This document shows positions 37,044 to 45,673 of a stretch of 64,000 nucleotides of DNA, piece by piece (within the stretch, counting starts at the first letter, position 1; every line of letters begins with the position of its first letter). Under the pieces are notes generated by a model. That model was given only the letters and a program-made list of their open reading frames with translations, was not told the origin of the DNA and ran no database searches. A program made the translations under genes and the position numbers. This stretch comes from an uncultured Lentisphaeraceae bacterium (lineage in GTDB: Bacteria; Verrucomicrobiota; Kiritimatiellia; RFP12; UBA1067), in contig CAYTWE010000004.1 in NCBI GenBank assembly GCA_964440985.1, forward strand, positions 3,092-67,091, written 5' to 3'.

Positions 37044-40033
37044 CTTTCAACCTCCCTGATGGCGACGATGCACGGACGCGCCTTTGGATTCCACCGGAAC
37101 GAGGCCGCCGTCACCGTCTTGCCGGAGAGGACGTCATGGATTGACGCCTCGGCGGGCAGCCGCAGTTCCAGTTCGGTATCCGGCTGTGCGTTCAAGGCGC
37201 GTGTGCCTTTCATGACATTCCCTGCGTCCACGGCCCTTCCCGTCAGCAGCAGGATTCGCCGCCCGTCCGCCGTGCGAAAGTCCCCGCACGTGATTCCCGT
37301 CGCCACGCCGCCGCCCGACATCATCGCGATTTCATAATCGGCCTTCACGCCGCAGTCCGCAAGGAAATCGCGCAGGCCATCGACGAACGATGCATCATTC
37401 ACGTTAGGCAGCGACGGGCAGCAACGGTCGAGCATTCCGGCGAACGATGCTGTCGGCACACCGCGTTCGTCATGCCGGCCGCAACGGTCGTCCCCGACGA
37501 CAACGCCGCCGCGTGCGCGGAAGTCGCGGATTGCGTTGCGCGTCGTCTGCGACAGCGCCCAGCATTCCGGAAGGACAAGCACCTTGGCCGTTTCAAGCCG
37601 TTTCGCCAGCTGCGGCTCGCTCGTGTAGTCAAATCCGAGACGCAGCGTATGAAGCACCTTCTCCCACTGCTCCTGCGAACGGAACCAGTTGAGGTAGTGG
37701 CTTCCCTCCTTCTTTCCGCGAGCCTCCCAGTCGAACTGAAGCGGATCGTCACTTTCAAGCCAGGCAATGCCCATGCCGCCCTGCGCATAGAGGATGGTGA
37801 CGGGCATGGGTGCACGTTCGGCGGCGTTGATCAAGTCGCCCCATCCGCCGGAGACGAGCGGCGCAAGCGCGGCCTTCAACCGTCTGCCGTTCGCGCTCAA
37901 CAGTCCGTCCTCCGATAGATAGCCCTCACCCGTCGCCACGGTGTGCTGGACGGAACCGTACAGCATGATTCCCGTCGCGCCGTTGTTGACGGCGCTCCAG
38001 ACATCCATCTCGATGTTGTCGTAGTTTCCGTACCCAAGCCACGTCAACACGGGCGCACCCTTCCGCTTGAACGAGCGCACATACGCGCTCGGCCCGTAGT
38101 CCTGCCCTGACGTCCGGTTCGGGACAATCTTCGACGGATCGATCCCAGCCATCGGCGTCATCCACGTCCAGTTCGGCTGCCCAGTGGAGATGCGCGGGTT
38201 CTCGCGTCCGAACACATCGACCGCGACCTTCGACACCTCCGCGAGGACATCGTCCATGAACAGCCTGAACTCAAGCCATGACGCATAGTTCCGGTCGCCC
38301 TTCCGGCGGCGGCCGCGCATCTCGTCCGTGAGCGACGGCACAACGTCATCGAACGTCGCAAACGCCGTTCCCCATGCACGGTTCAGCGCGGCGACATCGC
38401 CGTACTTCGTGCGCATCGCGTTCCTGAACCGTGCAAGGCACGGCGCCATGCGGCACGGCTCAGAATCCTTGGCATGATAGTTCATCCAGGGCGCCGAGAG
38501 CGTCATCTCGTCTCCGATGGCATACGCGAACGGCTCACGTCCACGGGCCAGACGCGCATAGGCGGCAAACCCCGCCTCGGCGGCGGGCTTCCACGTGGCG
38601 TCGGAGAGGCATCCATTGCGCCAATGCTTCTTGACGGGATCGTTCCCGTAGCACGTACGCCCATGGACGCCCTGCTCCTGAAGCGCCGCCTCCACAATCG
38701 GATTCTCGCGGTTGACGATTCCGCCCCATCCGTCCGTCCACGCGAAGCCATGCTTCGCCGCATCGTACGCGCCGGGCATCCAGCAGTTTATCGCGTTTAT
38801 TCCGATGTCGCGCATGACGGGATAGAACTGCCGCCGGTAGTGTATCGGCATCCACAGATAGCCGGCGACTACGAATTTCCTGCGATCTTCAAAGCACGGG
38901 CGGACGGACAGCGGCGCGTCCGGCGTGTGCGTCCACGGCACGACCTCAAGTTCCCTGTCGAGAATGAGATCGGCGTACAGCAGCGACCACATCTCATTGT
39001 ACGGATAGCCGGCCTGTCGCTCATCGAAGTCGCTGAGTTCACGCGTCAGGTACACCTCATCCACCTCCGGCCAGATGGCGCTGCGGAAGAAGACGCGGCC
39101 GCGCAGAAGCAGCTCCACGACCATGCCGTCTCCGAACCGCCCCTCCGTGAGACTCGCGATTCCGTACCGGCCGCATCCCTTCGGGGAGATGCGCGAATAG
39201 TCTACGCCTTGCGGGAGCTCTCTTGGACGACCGAAGCGCCGGCCATATTCGGACGAGACGAAGACCGCCCGTCCGCCGCGCCGGACGTACGAGACGACGG
39301 CCTTCTCCTTCTTCTCGAACGCATCGGCGTTCGTTCCGGCAAAGAGCAGGACGTATTCGCCGTTCGAGAACCGTCTCTGCACCGTCTCCGGATCGGCAGT
39401 CGCGCCGTCATTGACGACGTCAACCTTCAGCCCGAATTGCCGTTCGAGGTCTTCTGCAACCCAGTCGAGACACGATCCGGACGCGAACAGCAGAACGCGC
39501 TGCGAAACCTTTTCCTTTGCGAAAACATGCAGCTTGCGCTCCGGGAAGCGTCCGCTCGCAGACGGCTTCCGCTCACGGCGCTTCAGACCCAGATTCAGTT
39601 CGACGTCATCCATCACCCGCAGCGACAGGTTGTTCAACGTGACGTTCACCGGCTTTGATACGAAGATGCGGAACTCGCCATCCTCGATTTTCCAGTCCAG
39701 ATCAACACGATCGCCGACAAACGCTCTGTCACACCGGAAGTCTATCCGCGCTCCAGACCCCGGTGACGACTTGAGTTTCTGTGACAGCAGCACGCCGGGC
39801 GTATCGCGCCGGACGGCGACAAGGAAGTCCTCGCTGAGATAGTCGCGCTCCCGATACTCAAACGCCACGTCGCCGGGGATGCGCCAGTCAGCCGGCGTCT
39901 TTCCGTCAAACGACTTTGCGTCAAGCGAACCGTTCGCAAGAAGTTCAGCGTCTGCGGCTTGTGCCGCGACTGCCGCCGCAAGGCATACGACCGCAACGCA
40001 TAGGCGCCGTGCGCAGGATTTCGTCGCCGTCAT
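37040..40033 (-). CDS. Large secreted hypothetical glycoside-hydrolase-like protein, distantly similar in architecture to the preceding gene.
   Basis: Signal peptide, 997 aa. KVLVLPECWALSQTTRNAIRDFRARGGVVV is a similar C-terminal module. The start overlaps the upstream stop (ATGA). Confidence 0.4.
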   Translation of the reverse strand: MTATKSCARRLCVAVVCLAAAVAAQAADAELLANGSLDAKSFDGKTPADWRIPGDVAFEYRERDYLSEDFLVAVRRDTPGVLLSQKLKSSPGSGARIDFRCDRAFVGDRVDLDWKIEDGEFRIFVSKPVNVTLNNLSLRVMDDVELNLGLKRRERKPSASGRFPERKLHVFAKEKVSQRVLLFASGSCLDWVAEDLERQFGLKVDVVNDGATADPETVQRRFSNGEYVLLFAGTNADAFEKKEKAVVSYVRRGGRAVFVSSEYGRRFGRPRELPQGVDYSRISPKGCGRYGIASLTEGRFGDGMVVELLLRGRVFFRSAIWPEVDEVYLTRELSDFDERQAGYPYNEMWSLLYADLILDRELEVVPWTHTPDAPLSVRPCFEDRRKFVVAGYLWMPIHYRRQFYPVMRDIGINAINCWMPGAYDAAKHGFAWTDGWGGIVNRENPIVEAALQEQGVHGRTCYGNDPVKKHWRNGCLSDATWKPAAEAGFAAYARLARGREPFAYAIGDEMTLSAPWMNYHAKDSEPCRMAPCLARFRNAMRTKYGDVAALNRAWGTAFATFDDVVPSLTDEMRGRRRKGDRNYASWLEFRLFMDDVLAEVSKVAVDVFGRENPRISTGQPNWTWMTPMAGIDPSKIVPNRTSGQDYGPSAYVRSFKRKGAPVLTWLGYGNYDNIEMDVWSAVNNGATGIMLYGSVQHTVATGEGYLSEDGLLSANGRRLKAALAPLVSGGWGDLINAAERAPMPVTILYAQGGMGIAWLESDDPLQFDWEARGKKEGSHYLNWFRSQEQWEKVLHTLRLGFDYTSEPQLAKRLETAKVLVLPECWALSQTTRNAIRDFRARGGVVVGDDRCGRHDERGVPTASFAGMLDRCCPSLPNVNDASFVDGLRDFLADCGVKADYEIAMMSGGGVATGITCGDFRTADGRRILLLTGRAVDAGNVMKGTRALNAQPDTELELRLPAEASIHDVLSGKTVTAASFRWNPKARPCIVAIREVER

Positions 40034-41427
40034 CTCTGCGATGCCTTTCGCTCAAGCACGATGGCAGGACGGAAGGAGTTGTACCCGCCTCTACCCTGCT
40101 TCAGGTAGAACGCCGCCCGTGCGGCGGAGCGGCAGCGATCCGCGCTCGAAAGCCAATCCCCTCCGCGAACCACCGCATGGAATCCGTTTCCGTCAGTCGC
40201 AACGACATTCAGGGGTTCGACTACAGGTTTGTCGCCGAGGTCGTTCCTGCACGTCGTCCAGTCCACAACATCGCGGCAGATCTCACCAGCATTTCCGTGC
40301 ATGTCGTAGAATCCCCAGGCGTTCGGCAGATACCTGCCACCGACACCAGGCTGATTGCCCTGATCCCAAACGCCGTTGCGGCTGCAGTAGTTGCCGAGAA
40401 GATCCATGACCGTATTGGCATAGAAGCCGTCCTTGTAGGCCGTCTTGCCGTTATCGGTGTAGACGCCGTAGTAGTCGCCCTCACCCGCACCTGCGTTCCA
40501 CGAACCGTCCGTTCCGGCGCGGCAGGCGTACTCCCACTGCGCCTCGGTCGGCAGGTCAAGCGTGTAGCCGGGCGGAAGGCAGTTCGCCGCCGACGAACGG
40601 AAACGCCCAAAGAACGATTCCGGATCTACATCCGTGCAGGTGTTGTTCCAGTAGTCCGTCGTGTATCCGCGAAGCGAATACAGGAAGAACTCGTTGGAAT
40701 CGGAACTCAAGAACGTCGGACGCCAGGCTTGCTTGGCATAGTAGTCATCGTCGACCTGCGTCATGACATTCGTCTCCCACACCTTGAACGACTGCGCGTA
40801 CGTCAATTCAAAGAGCGCAAGGTAGAAGTCGTTGGTGAACGTAACAAGATGCCGCGCCTCCGGCAAGGCCGCGATATTGTTGGTATATGCCACCACGCGC
40901 TTTGACTCCGCCTCAGGTGACCCCATGAAATACGAACCGGCCCGGCAGCGACGGAACGCTATCTTCGTTGTCTTGTACACGTCCGTGTTGAACCCGCCCT
41001 CCGGCGGCGCATCCATCTGCTCGGCGGTGTATGTTCCGCCGACCCCGGCCGAAAGATCCATGACAAGATAGCGTCTGCCGACCGGCTGCGCGAGCGAAAG
41101 GCTGAACGTCAGCCCAATGCGCGGTACAGCGGATGTGACTCCGGCGGCGACTGGATTCCATACGAGACGATGCGTCCCGGCCTTCACGTATTCCAGATCA
41201 CCGCTCTGGGCGGCGTAAGCACCGGTGACGTCATTCCCTTCCGGGTCTGTAACCTTGAGAACGACATCCCATCCGACATCGCCGTTCGAGTCGCCGTCTA
41301 TTCTGTACTCGATGACTGTCTTTGCGTTCCATGGCCACATCTGCGAAATCTTCACGGGAGTGACCGTGGCGCCGTACGAGGCAAGGCCCGCCACGGCATA
41401 AACAAGAACGATTGCCGCTTTTTTCAT
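40030..41427 (-). CDS. Secreted FGE/SUMF1-domain (formylglycine-generating-enzyme-like) protein, paralogue A.
   Basis: Signal peptide MKKAAIVLVYAVAGLASYG, central F.MGSPE and C-terminal RGGDW...RSAAR...FRPAIV FGE-domain motifs. TGATG start/stop overlap with paralogue B. Confidence 0.6.
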   Translation of the reverse strand: MKKAAIVLVYAVAGLASYGATVTPVKISQMWPWNAKTVIEYRIDGDSNGDVGWDVVLKVTDPEGNDVTGAYAAQSGDLEYVKAGTHRLVWNPVAAGVTSAVPRIGLTFSLSLAQPVGRRYLVMDLSAGVGGTYTAEQMDAPPEGGFNTDVYKTTKIAFRRCRAGSYFMGSPEAESKRVVAYTNNIAALPEARHLVTFTNDFYLALFELTYAQSFKVWETNVMTQVDDDYYAKQAWRPTFLSSDSNEFFLYSLRGYTTDYWNNTCTDVDPESFFGRFRSSAANCLPPGYTLDLPTEAQWEYACRAGTDGSWNAGAGEGDYYGVYTDNGKTAYKDGFYANTVMDLLGNYCSRNGVWDQGNQPGVGGRYLPNAWGFYDMHGNAGEICRDVVDWTTCRNDLGDKPVVEPLNVVATDGNGFHAVVRGGDWLSSADRCRSAARAAFYLKQGRGGYNSFRPAIVLERKASQR

Positions 41428-42797
41428 CACTTCACCTCCCACACTATTGCCGGACGCACAGTATACTGCGCCGCCGTCGGCAGCCAGCCTTTCCGTCGCG
41501 ATGCGCTGCGGCAGTTCTCCGCGCCGGTCAGCCATCCGCCGCCACGCGCAATGGCACCCATCCTGTTAGAATCGAACCAGACGTAGAGCGGCTCCACGGC
41601 CTCAGCGCTGCCAAGGTCGGCATTGCCGTTGGACTCCACGGCCGCATCGCGGCAAAACTCCTCGCAGTTGCCGTACATGTCATAGAAACCCCACGGATTC
41701 GGCGCGTACCGGCCAACGGTCGATGGCTGCACCGCCTGTCGCCACACGCCGCCGTTTGCGCAATACTGTCCAAGCGAATCAAGTGCCGCAAGATGGTAGA
41801 ACGGCAATTCACGGGAATTGTAGCTTCCGAAGTCAGTGACACGCACATAATCGTTGGAGGTGGGTGAGACACCGCTGGAATAGGCAGTGTCCGTTCCGGC
41901 GCGGCAGGCGTACTCCCACTGCGCCTCGGTCGGCAGGTCAAGCGTGTAGCCGGGCGGAAGGCAGTTCGCCGCCGACGAACGGAAGCGGCCGAAGAACGAA
42001 TTTGGCTCAACCTGCGAATCCGTCCTGTTCCACCATGTGTAGTCCGAACCACGGAAGCTGAGCGGCGTTTCGACCCCGTAGAACACCTTCGTGCTGTCCG
42101 CCGAACACGTCTTGTTCGTCTCCCAGATTCGCGCCGACTGCCCCTCGGTCAGTTCGAAGATCGCAAGCCAGAAATCATTGGTGAACGTGACGAGATGGCG
42201 CGTCTCGGCAAATAGCAGGGTGTTGTCGTTGCGGGTTTCATATGGCTGTGAAACGCGCATTGCCTCGGTCTCCGGCGATCCCATGAAATACGAACCCGCC
42301 TTGCAGCGACGGAACGCCATCTTGCGGGTCTTGTACTCGTTCGTGTTGAACCCGCCCTCCGGCGGCGCATCCATCTGCTCGGCGGTGTATGTTCCGCCGA
42401 CCCCGGCCGAAAGGTCGATTACAAGATACTTCGGCCCGGACGGCTGGCCGAGCGTCACCTCGAATTTGAGCAGTGTTTCGCGGGCGATCTCGCATCCGGC
42501 GACCTTCGGATTCCACCAGATGTCATGTTCGCCGGCGGACACGAACTCGATGTCGCCAGTCTGTGCCGCAAGCGTACCGGTGACGTCGTTGCCGAGCGGG
42601 TCTGTGACCCGAAGCGAAACATCGTACACCTCGCCCGCCGCCGCGTCGAGCACATAGTTGACGCGCACCCGTCCGTCCCACGGCCATTGCTGTCTCACAA
42701 TCTGCGAAACCACCTGCGCCCCGTTCGCCACGCACGCAAACGCGGCAAACACCGCAAAAAGACCAGGAGTTGCCGACATGTTCATTTTCATTGCCAC
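41427..42797 (-). CDS. Secreted FGE/SUMF1-domain protein, paralogue B (tandem duplicate of the preceding gene).
   Basis: Same architecture. YLVIDLSAGVGGTYTAEQMDAPPEGGFNT and the downstream segment are identical to paralogue A, including roughly 115-bp and 85-bp identical DNA tracts. Confidence 0.6.
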   Translation of the reverse strand: MAMKMNMSATPGLFAVFAAFACVANGAQVVSQIVRQQWPWDGRVRVNYVLDAAAGEVYDVSLRVTDPLGNDVTGTLAAQTGDIEFVSAGEHDIWWNPKVAGCEIARETLLKFEVTLGQPSGPKYLVIDLSAGVGGTYTAEQMDAPPEGGFNTNEYKTRKMAFRRCKAGSYFMGSPETEAMRVSQPYETRNDNTLLFAETRHLVTFTNDFWLAIFELTEGQSARIWETNKTCSADSTKVFYGVETPLSFRGSDYTWWNRTDSQVEPNSFFGRFRSSAANCLPPGYTLDLPTEAQWEYACRAGTDTAYSSGVSPTSNDYVRVTDFGSYNSRELPFYHLAALDSLGQYCANGGVWRQAVQPSTVGRYAPNPWGFYDMYGNCEEFCRDAAVESNGNADLGSAEAVEPLYVWFDSNRMGAIARGGGWLTGAENCRSASRRKGWLPTAAQYTVRPAIVWEVK

Positions 42798-42801
42798 ACC
42801 T

Positions 42802-43446
42802 CTATTTGACCGTGATCATAAACGCCCGACGTACGCCAACGGACATGGAAAAAGGCTTGCCGTCCACGACGGCGGTGAGCAGATCGCCTTCGCCGGAGAG
42901 TGCCAGCGTCTGCCAGCCGGGTGCGTCCATCGTCGGAGGAAGCTCTTCGCCTCCGAATGTCACGTTTGATACGCTTTCAGGCAGCAGAACGACCGGATGC
43001 CTGACTGATGCCCGTGACCAATGCCCGCGTCGTGCCTCGTCCTTGACGCAGACCGAATCGCCGACCCCTGTTCCCACGACAAGCCCCAGCGATGCGGATA
43101 CCGCCGATACCTCAGTTCCTTCTGCATCCTGATATGACACAGAGATGGTGATTATGCGTTCGCCTGTGGCATCGGACGGAAGCGAGAACGGAACAGAAAC
43201 TGAATCCGCCGTCACGTCGGAACTGGTCGCAACAGTTCTCCCGTCAACGCTGACGACGGCGCTGACGGCGCCAGTCGGCCAATCAAGCGCAACATCAGAC
43301 GATGCGGCGGTCACAGTCTTCCACGACAGCGACTCCGCCGGATTGACGCAGATCAGCGCGTTGGTTGAGGTGGCCCCGGATGCTCCAGCCACGGCGCACA
43401 GGGCAACTGCCACAGACGCACATAAAGTTCCTGCAATGTTATTCAT
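42802..43446 (-). CDS. Secreted Ser/Thr/Val-rich hypothetical protein, first gene of the FGE-domain operon.
   Basis: Signal peptide MNNIAGTLCASVAVALCAVAGASG, GGAGAAG RBS, low-complexity S/T/V-rich body. Its stop overlaps the next start. Confidence 0.5.
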   Translation of the reverse strand: MNNIAGTLCASVAVALCAVAGASGATSTNALICVNPAESLSWKTVTAASSDVALDWPTGAVSAVVSVDGRTVATSSDVTADSVSVPFSLPSDATGERIITISVSYQDAEGTEVSAVSASLGLVVGTGVGDSVCVKDEARRGHWSRASVRHPVVLLPESVSNVTFGGEELPPTMDAPGWQTLALSGEGDLLTAVVDGKPFSMSVGVRRAFMITVK

Positions 43447-43493
43447 AGCGCTTCTCCAATGGAACAAAGTATGCCTTTAAATAAATTGCAGCG

Positions 43494-43521
43494 ATTATAC
43501 ATTTTTTTTTTCTACGGTCAA
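43494..43521 (-). promoter_or_regulatory. Near-consensus sigma70 promoter TTGACC-16 nt-TATAAT whose spacer contains an A10 tract; candidate phase-variable promoter of the secreted-protein/FGE-domain operon.
   Basis: Reverse complement of 43516-43521 is TTGACC; the spacer is GTAG-A10-TG; reverse complement of 43494-43499 is TATAAT. The plus strand shows T10 at 43502-43511. Confidence 0.55.
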
Positions 43522-43542
43522 TCCATCTGCGAAAGCTGTCCA

Positions 43543-44607
43543 TTATTGCTCTTGACGCTTCAGGTGGCGGTCGAGAAAGACGTAGCCGGTCTCTGTTGCG
43601 GATGGCGGCGGACGGTGTCCCTGTGCGTGATTCACGAGTTTCAGCCTTTCTGGGTTGCGTTCATATCCGGAAGCCCTGCGCATGAGCGCACCGCTTGAAT
43701 CGTCATCATAGCGTCCGGCTATCAGGCAGAACGGTTTGCCGCCCGAAAGTGAGAGAAGCCCCGCATGATCCATGCCTTTGGCGCGCACTTCGTCAAGTTT
43801 TCCGCCCCAATACCACACATCGCTCCAGTTGGACTGATCCCAGCGAATCCCGAAATCGCTTGCGACAATCACCTTTATGCGCGAATCGATGCACCCCGCA
43901 TAGAAAGCCATCTTGCCGCCGAGCGAATGACCGATGATTCCGATGCGGTTGGTGTCTACACGCGCATCCTCGCAGAGCAGATCGATGAGAAGCCGCGTAT
44001 CGAACGCAAGCTTTCCGATGCCGGTCCAATCCGGATGGTCTGCGAGAAGTTTTCGTCCCGCGTGTCCCCATTTCGCCCACTGGTCTTTCGGTGCATTTGC
44101 CGGGTCGTACATAAGGTGGTAGGCGTCCGCCGAAATTGTCACATAGCCGCGTTTCGCGAGATCCGACATGTACGACACGGCGGCATAGAACGTCAGGTTC
44201 GTTCCTGATGGAGCGAGCGGAGAATCTGCACTCCCGGTTCTCGGATCGAATCCAAGCGTCGCCTCCGGAAAGTAGAACGGGACAACAACCGCCGGCAACG
44301 GATATCGGTCTGCGCCGACTTTCGGCACCGCCATCATCACACGCTGTTCCGTGGATGGGCCGTTGGCCTGGCGGAACTCCTCGACGTCAAACTCTGTGAA
44401 CCGGTACACGCCGACCTTTTCCACTTTGCGCGGAAACGCCGCATACGACGGCGGCGCTTCGATGTATGCCCCCCAATCAGATGCCGACGGCATCGATGCA
44501 CGCTTCACTTCATTTGGGGATGCGCATCCCGCTGATGCTGCGCCAAACGCAAGAAGCGGTATGCATCCTATCAGCAAGGCACATCTCTTCATGAGGACAT
44601 GATTCAT
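43543..44607 (-). CDS. Secreted alpha/beta-hydrolase (carbohydrate-esterase-like).
   Basis: Signal/lipobox-like N-terminus and nucleophile elbow GHSLGG. Coupled ATGA overlap with the upstream CN-hydrolase gene. Confidence 0.55.
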   Translation of the reverse strand: MNHVLMKRCALLIGCIPLLAFGAASAGCASPNEVKRASMPSASDWGAYIEAPPSYAAFPRKVEKVGVYRFTEFDVEEFRQANGPSTEQRVMMAVPKVGADRYPLPAVVVPFYFPEATLGFDPRTGSADSPLAPSGTNLTFYAAVSYMSDLAKRGYVTISADAYHLMYDPANAPKDQWAKWGHAGRKLLADHPDWTGIGKLAFDTRLLIDLLCEDARVDTNRIGIIGHSLGGKMAFYAGCIDSRIKVIVASDFGIRWDQSNWSDVWYWGGKLDEVRAKGMDHAGLLSLSGGKPFCLIAGRYDDDSSGALMRRASGYERNPERLKLVNHAQGHRPPPSATETGYVFLDRHLKRQEQ

Positions 44608-45656
44608 TTGATTTCGCCGCCGCGAAGTTCAACAGAGCGGCTGTAGTAGTCGTCCCAGAGGATGAGACCGAACTCCTTAATCAGATTGTCGACCGGAACG
44701 GATGGATCGTTGGAGAGGAACGTCACGCATCCGACAGCGCCCGGATTGCGCACTTCGACCTTCTGGCCGTACTTGTCGACGGCATGTTGCAGTCCGCCCC
44801 AATTGTCATCAAGATGGCATACACGGTAGTTGGTGTTGATGCGGAAAGTCCCCGTGCGGAAATATCCCTGCGAATGGAATATCGCCTCGCCGGACGGCCC
44901 CCATACGTCCTTGGCGAGTTCGCCAAGCGTCGCCCCGACAAAGTAGCTCTGGCAGGTGTAGGCCCATACGCGCTGCCAGAAGTCGCCGTGATAGGCGCTG
45001 GAGAAGCAGATCACATCAGGCTTTTCGCGCCTGTATGCTTCGATCAGGTCGCGGAAGTTGAGGTCGAAGCATACGGCAAACCCAACTCGCCCGAAATCCG
45101 TATCGATCACAACCGGACTGTCGCCCGGAACGATCGGGAGTTCCTTCCAGAGTATTTCCCCCGGCGTCGGATATGCCTTGTCGTATACGCCCACCACATC
45201 ACCTTCGCGGTCTATGAGATAGGAGGCGTTGGCAAAGCGTCCGTCCTTTCGCTGACGATAGGAGTTGAACACAAGATATGCGCTGTGTTCCTTCGCATAG
45301 CGCTGAAACTCCTTGAGCAGCAGATCGCCGCGCCGCTTCACCCAATCGAACTTGTCGGCGGGGGTTGCGCCGAGCCATGAATCCACACCCTCCGGCAGAA
45401 CGATCAAATCAGGTTTGTTGGCGATCTCCTTGTCCATCCCGCCTTTCCAGTGGCGGAAACATTCTTCGACGGTGGGCTTGCGCCCTTTCGGAAGCGCGGG
45501 ACGCGCCAATCCGATGATCGATACCGTAATCTCCCGCCGGACGACCTTGACCTGCTTCTTCACCGGCACGGGATCGCACGGCGGCGGAAATACTTCATCG
45601 CAGACACCGACATAAACAGACGCCACTGAGCAAACAGCCAAAATTATTCTTTTCAT
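44604..45656 (-). CDS. Secreted carbon-nitrogen hydrolase (nitrilase superfamily).
   Basis: CN-hydrolase blocks (RVGFAVCFDLNFRD with catalytic Cys) and a signal peptide MKRIILAVCSVASV. The start is set at the internal Met; the transcript is leaderless. Confidence 0.6.
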   Translation of the reverse strand: MKRIILAVCSVASVYVGVCDEVFPPPCDPVPVKKQVKVVRREITVSIIGLARPALPKGRKPTVEECFRHWKGGMDKEIANKPDLIVLPEGVDSWLGATPADKFDWVKRRGDLLLKEFQRYAKEHSAYLVFNSYRQRKDGRFANASYLIDREGDVVGVYDKAYPTPGEILWKELPIVPGDSPVVIDTDFGRVGFAVCFDLNFRDLIEAYRREKPDVICFSSAYHGDFWQRVWAYTCQSYFVGATLGELAKDVWGPSGEAIFHSQGYFRTGTFRINTNYRVCHLDDNWGGLQHAVDKYGQKVEVRNPGAVGCVTFLSNDPSVPVDNLIKEFGLILWDDYYSRSVELRGGEIK

Positions 45657-45664
45657 GGCGGCAA

Positions 45665-45673
45665 TGATACCAT
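45665..45673 (-). promoter_or_regulatory. Extended -10 (TGGTATCAT) 8 nt upstream of the CN-hydrolase ATG (leaderless).
   Basis: The reverse complement is ATGGTATCAT-tgccgcc-ATG. Confidence 0.4.
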
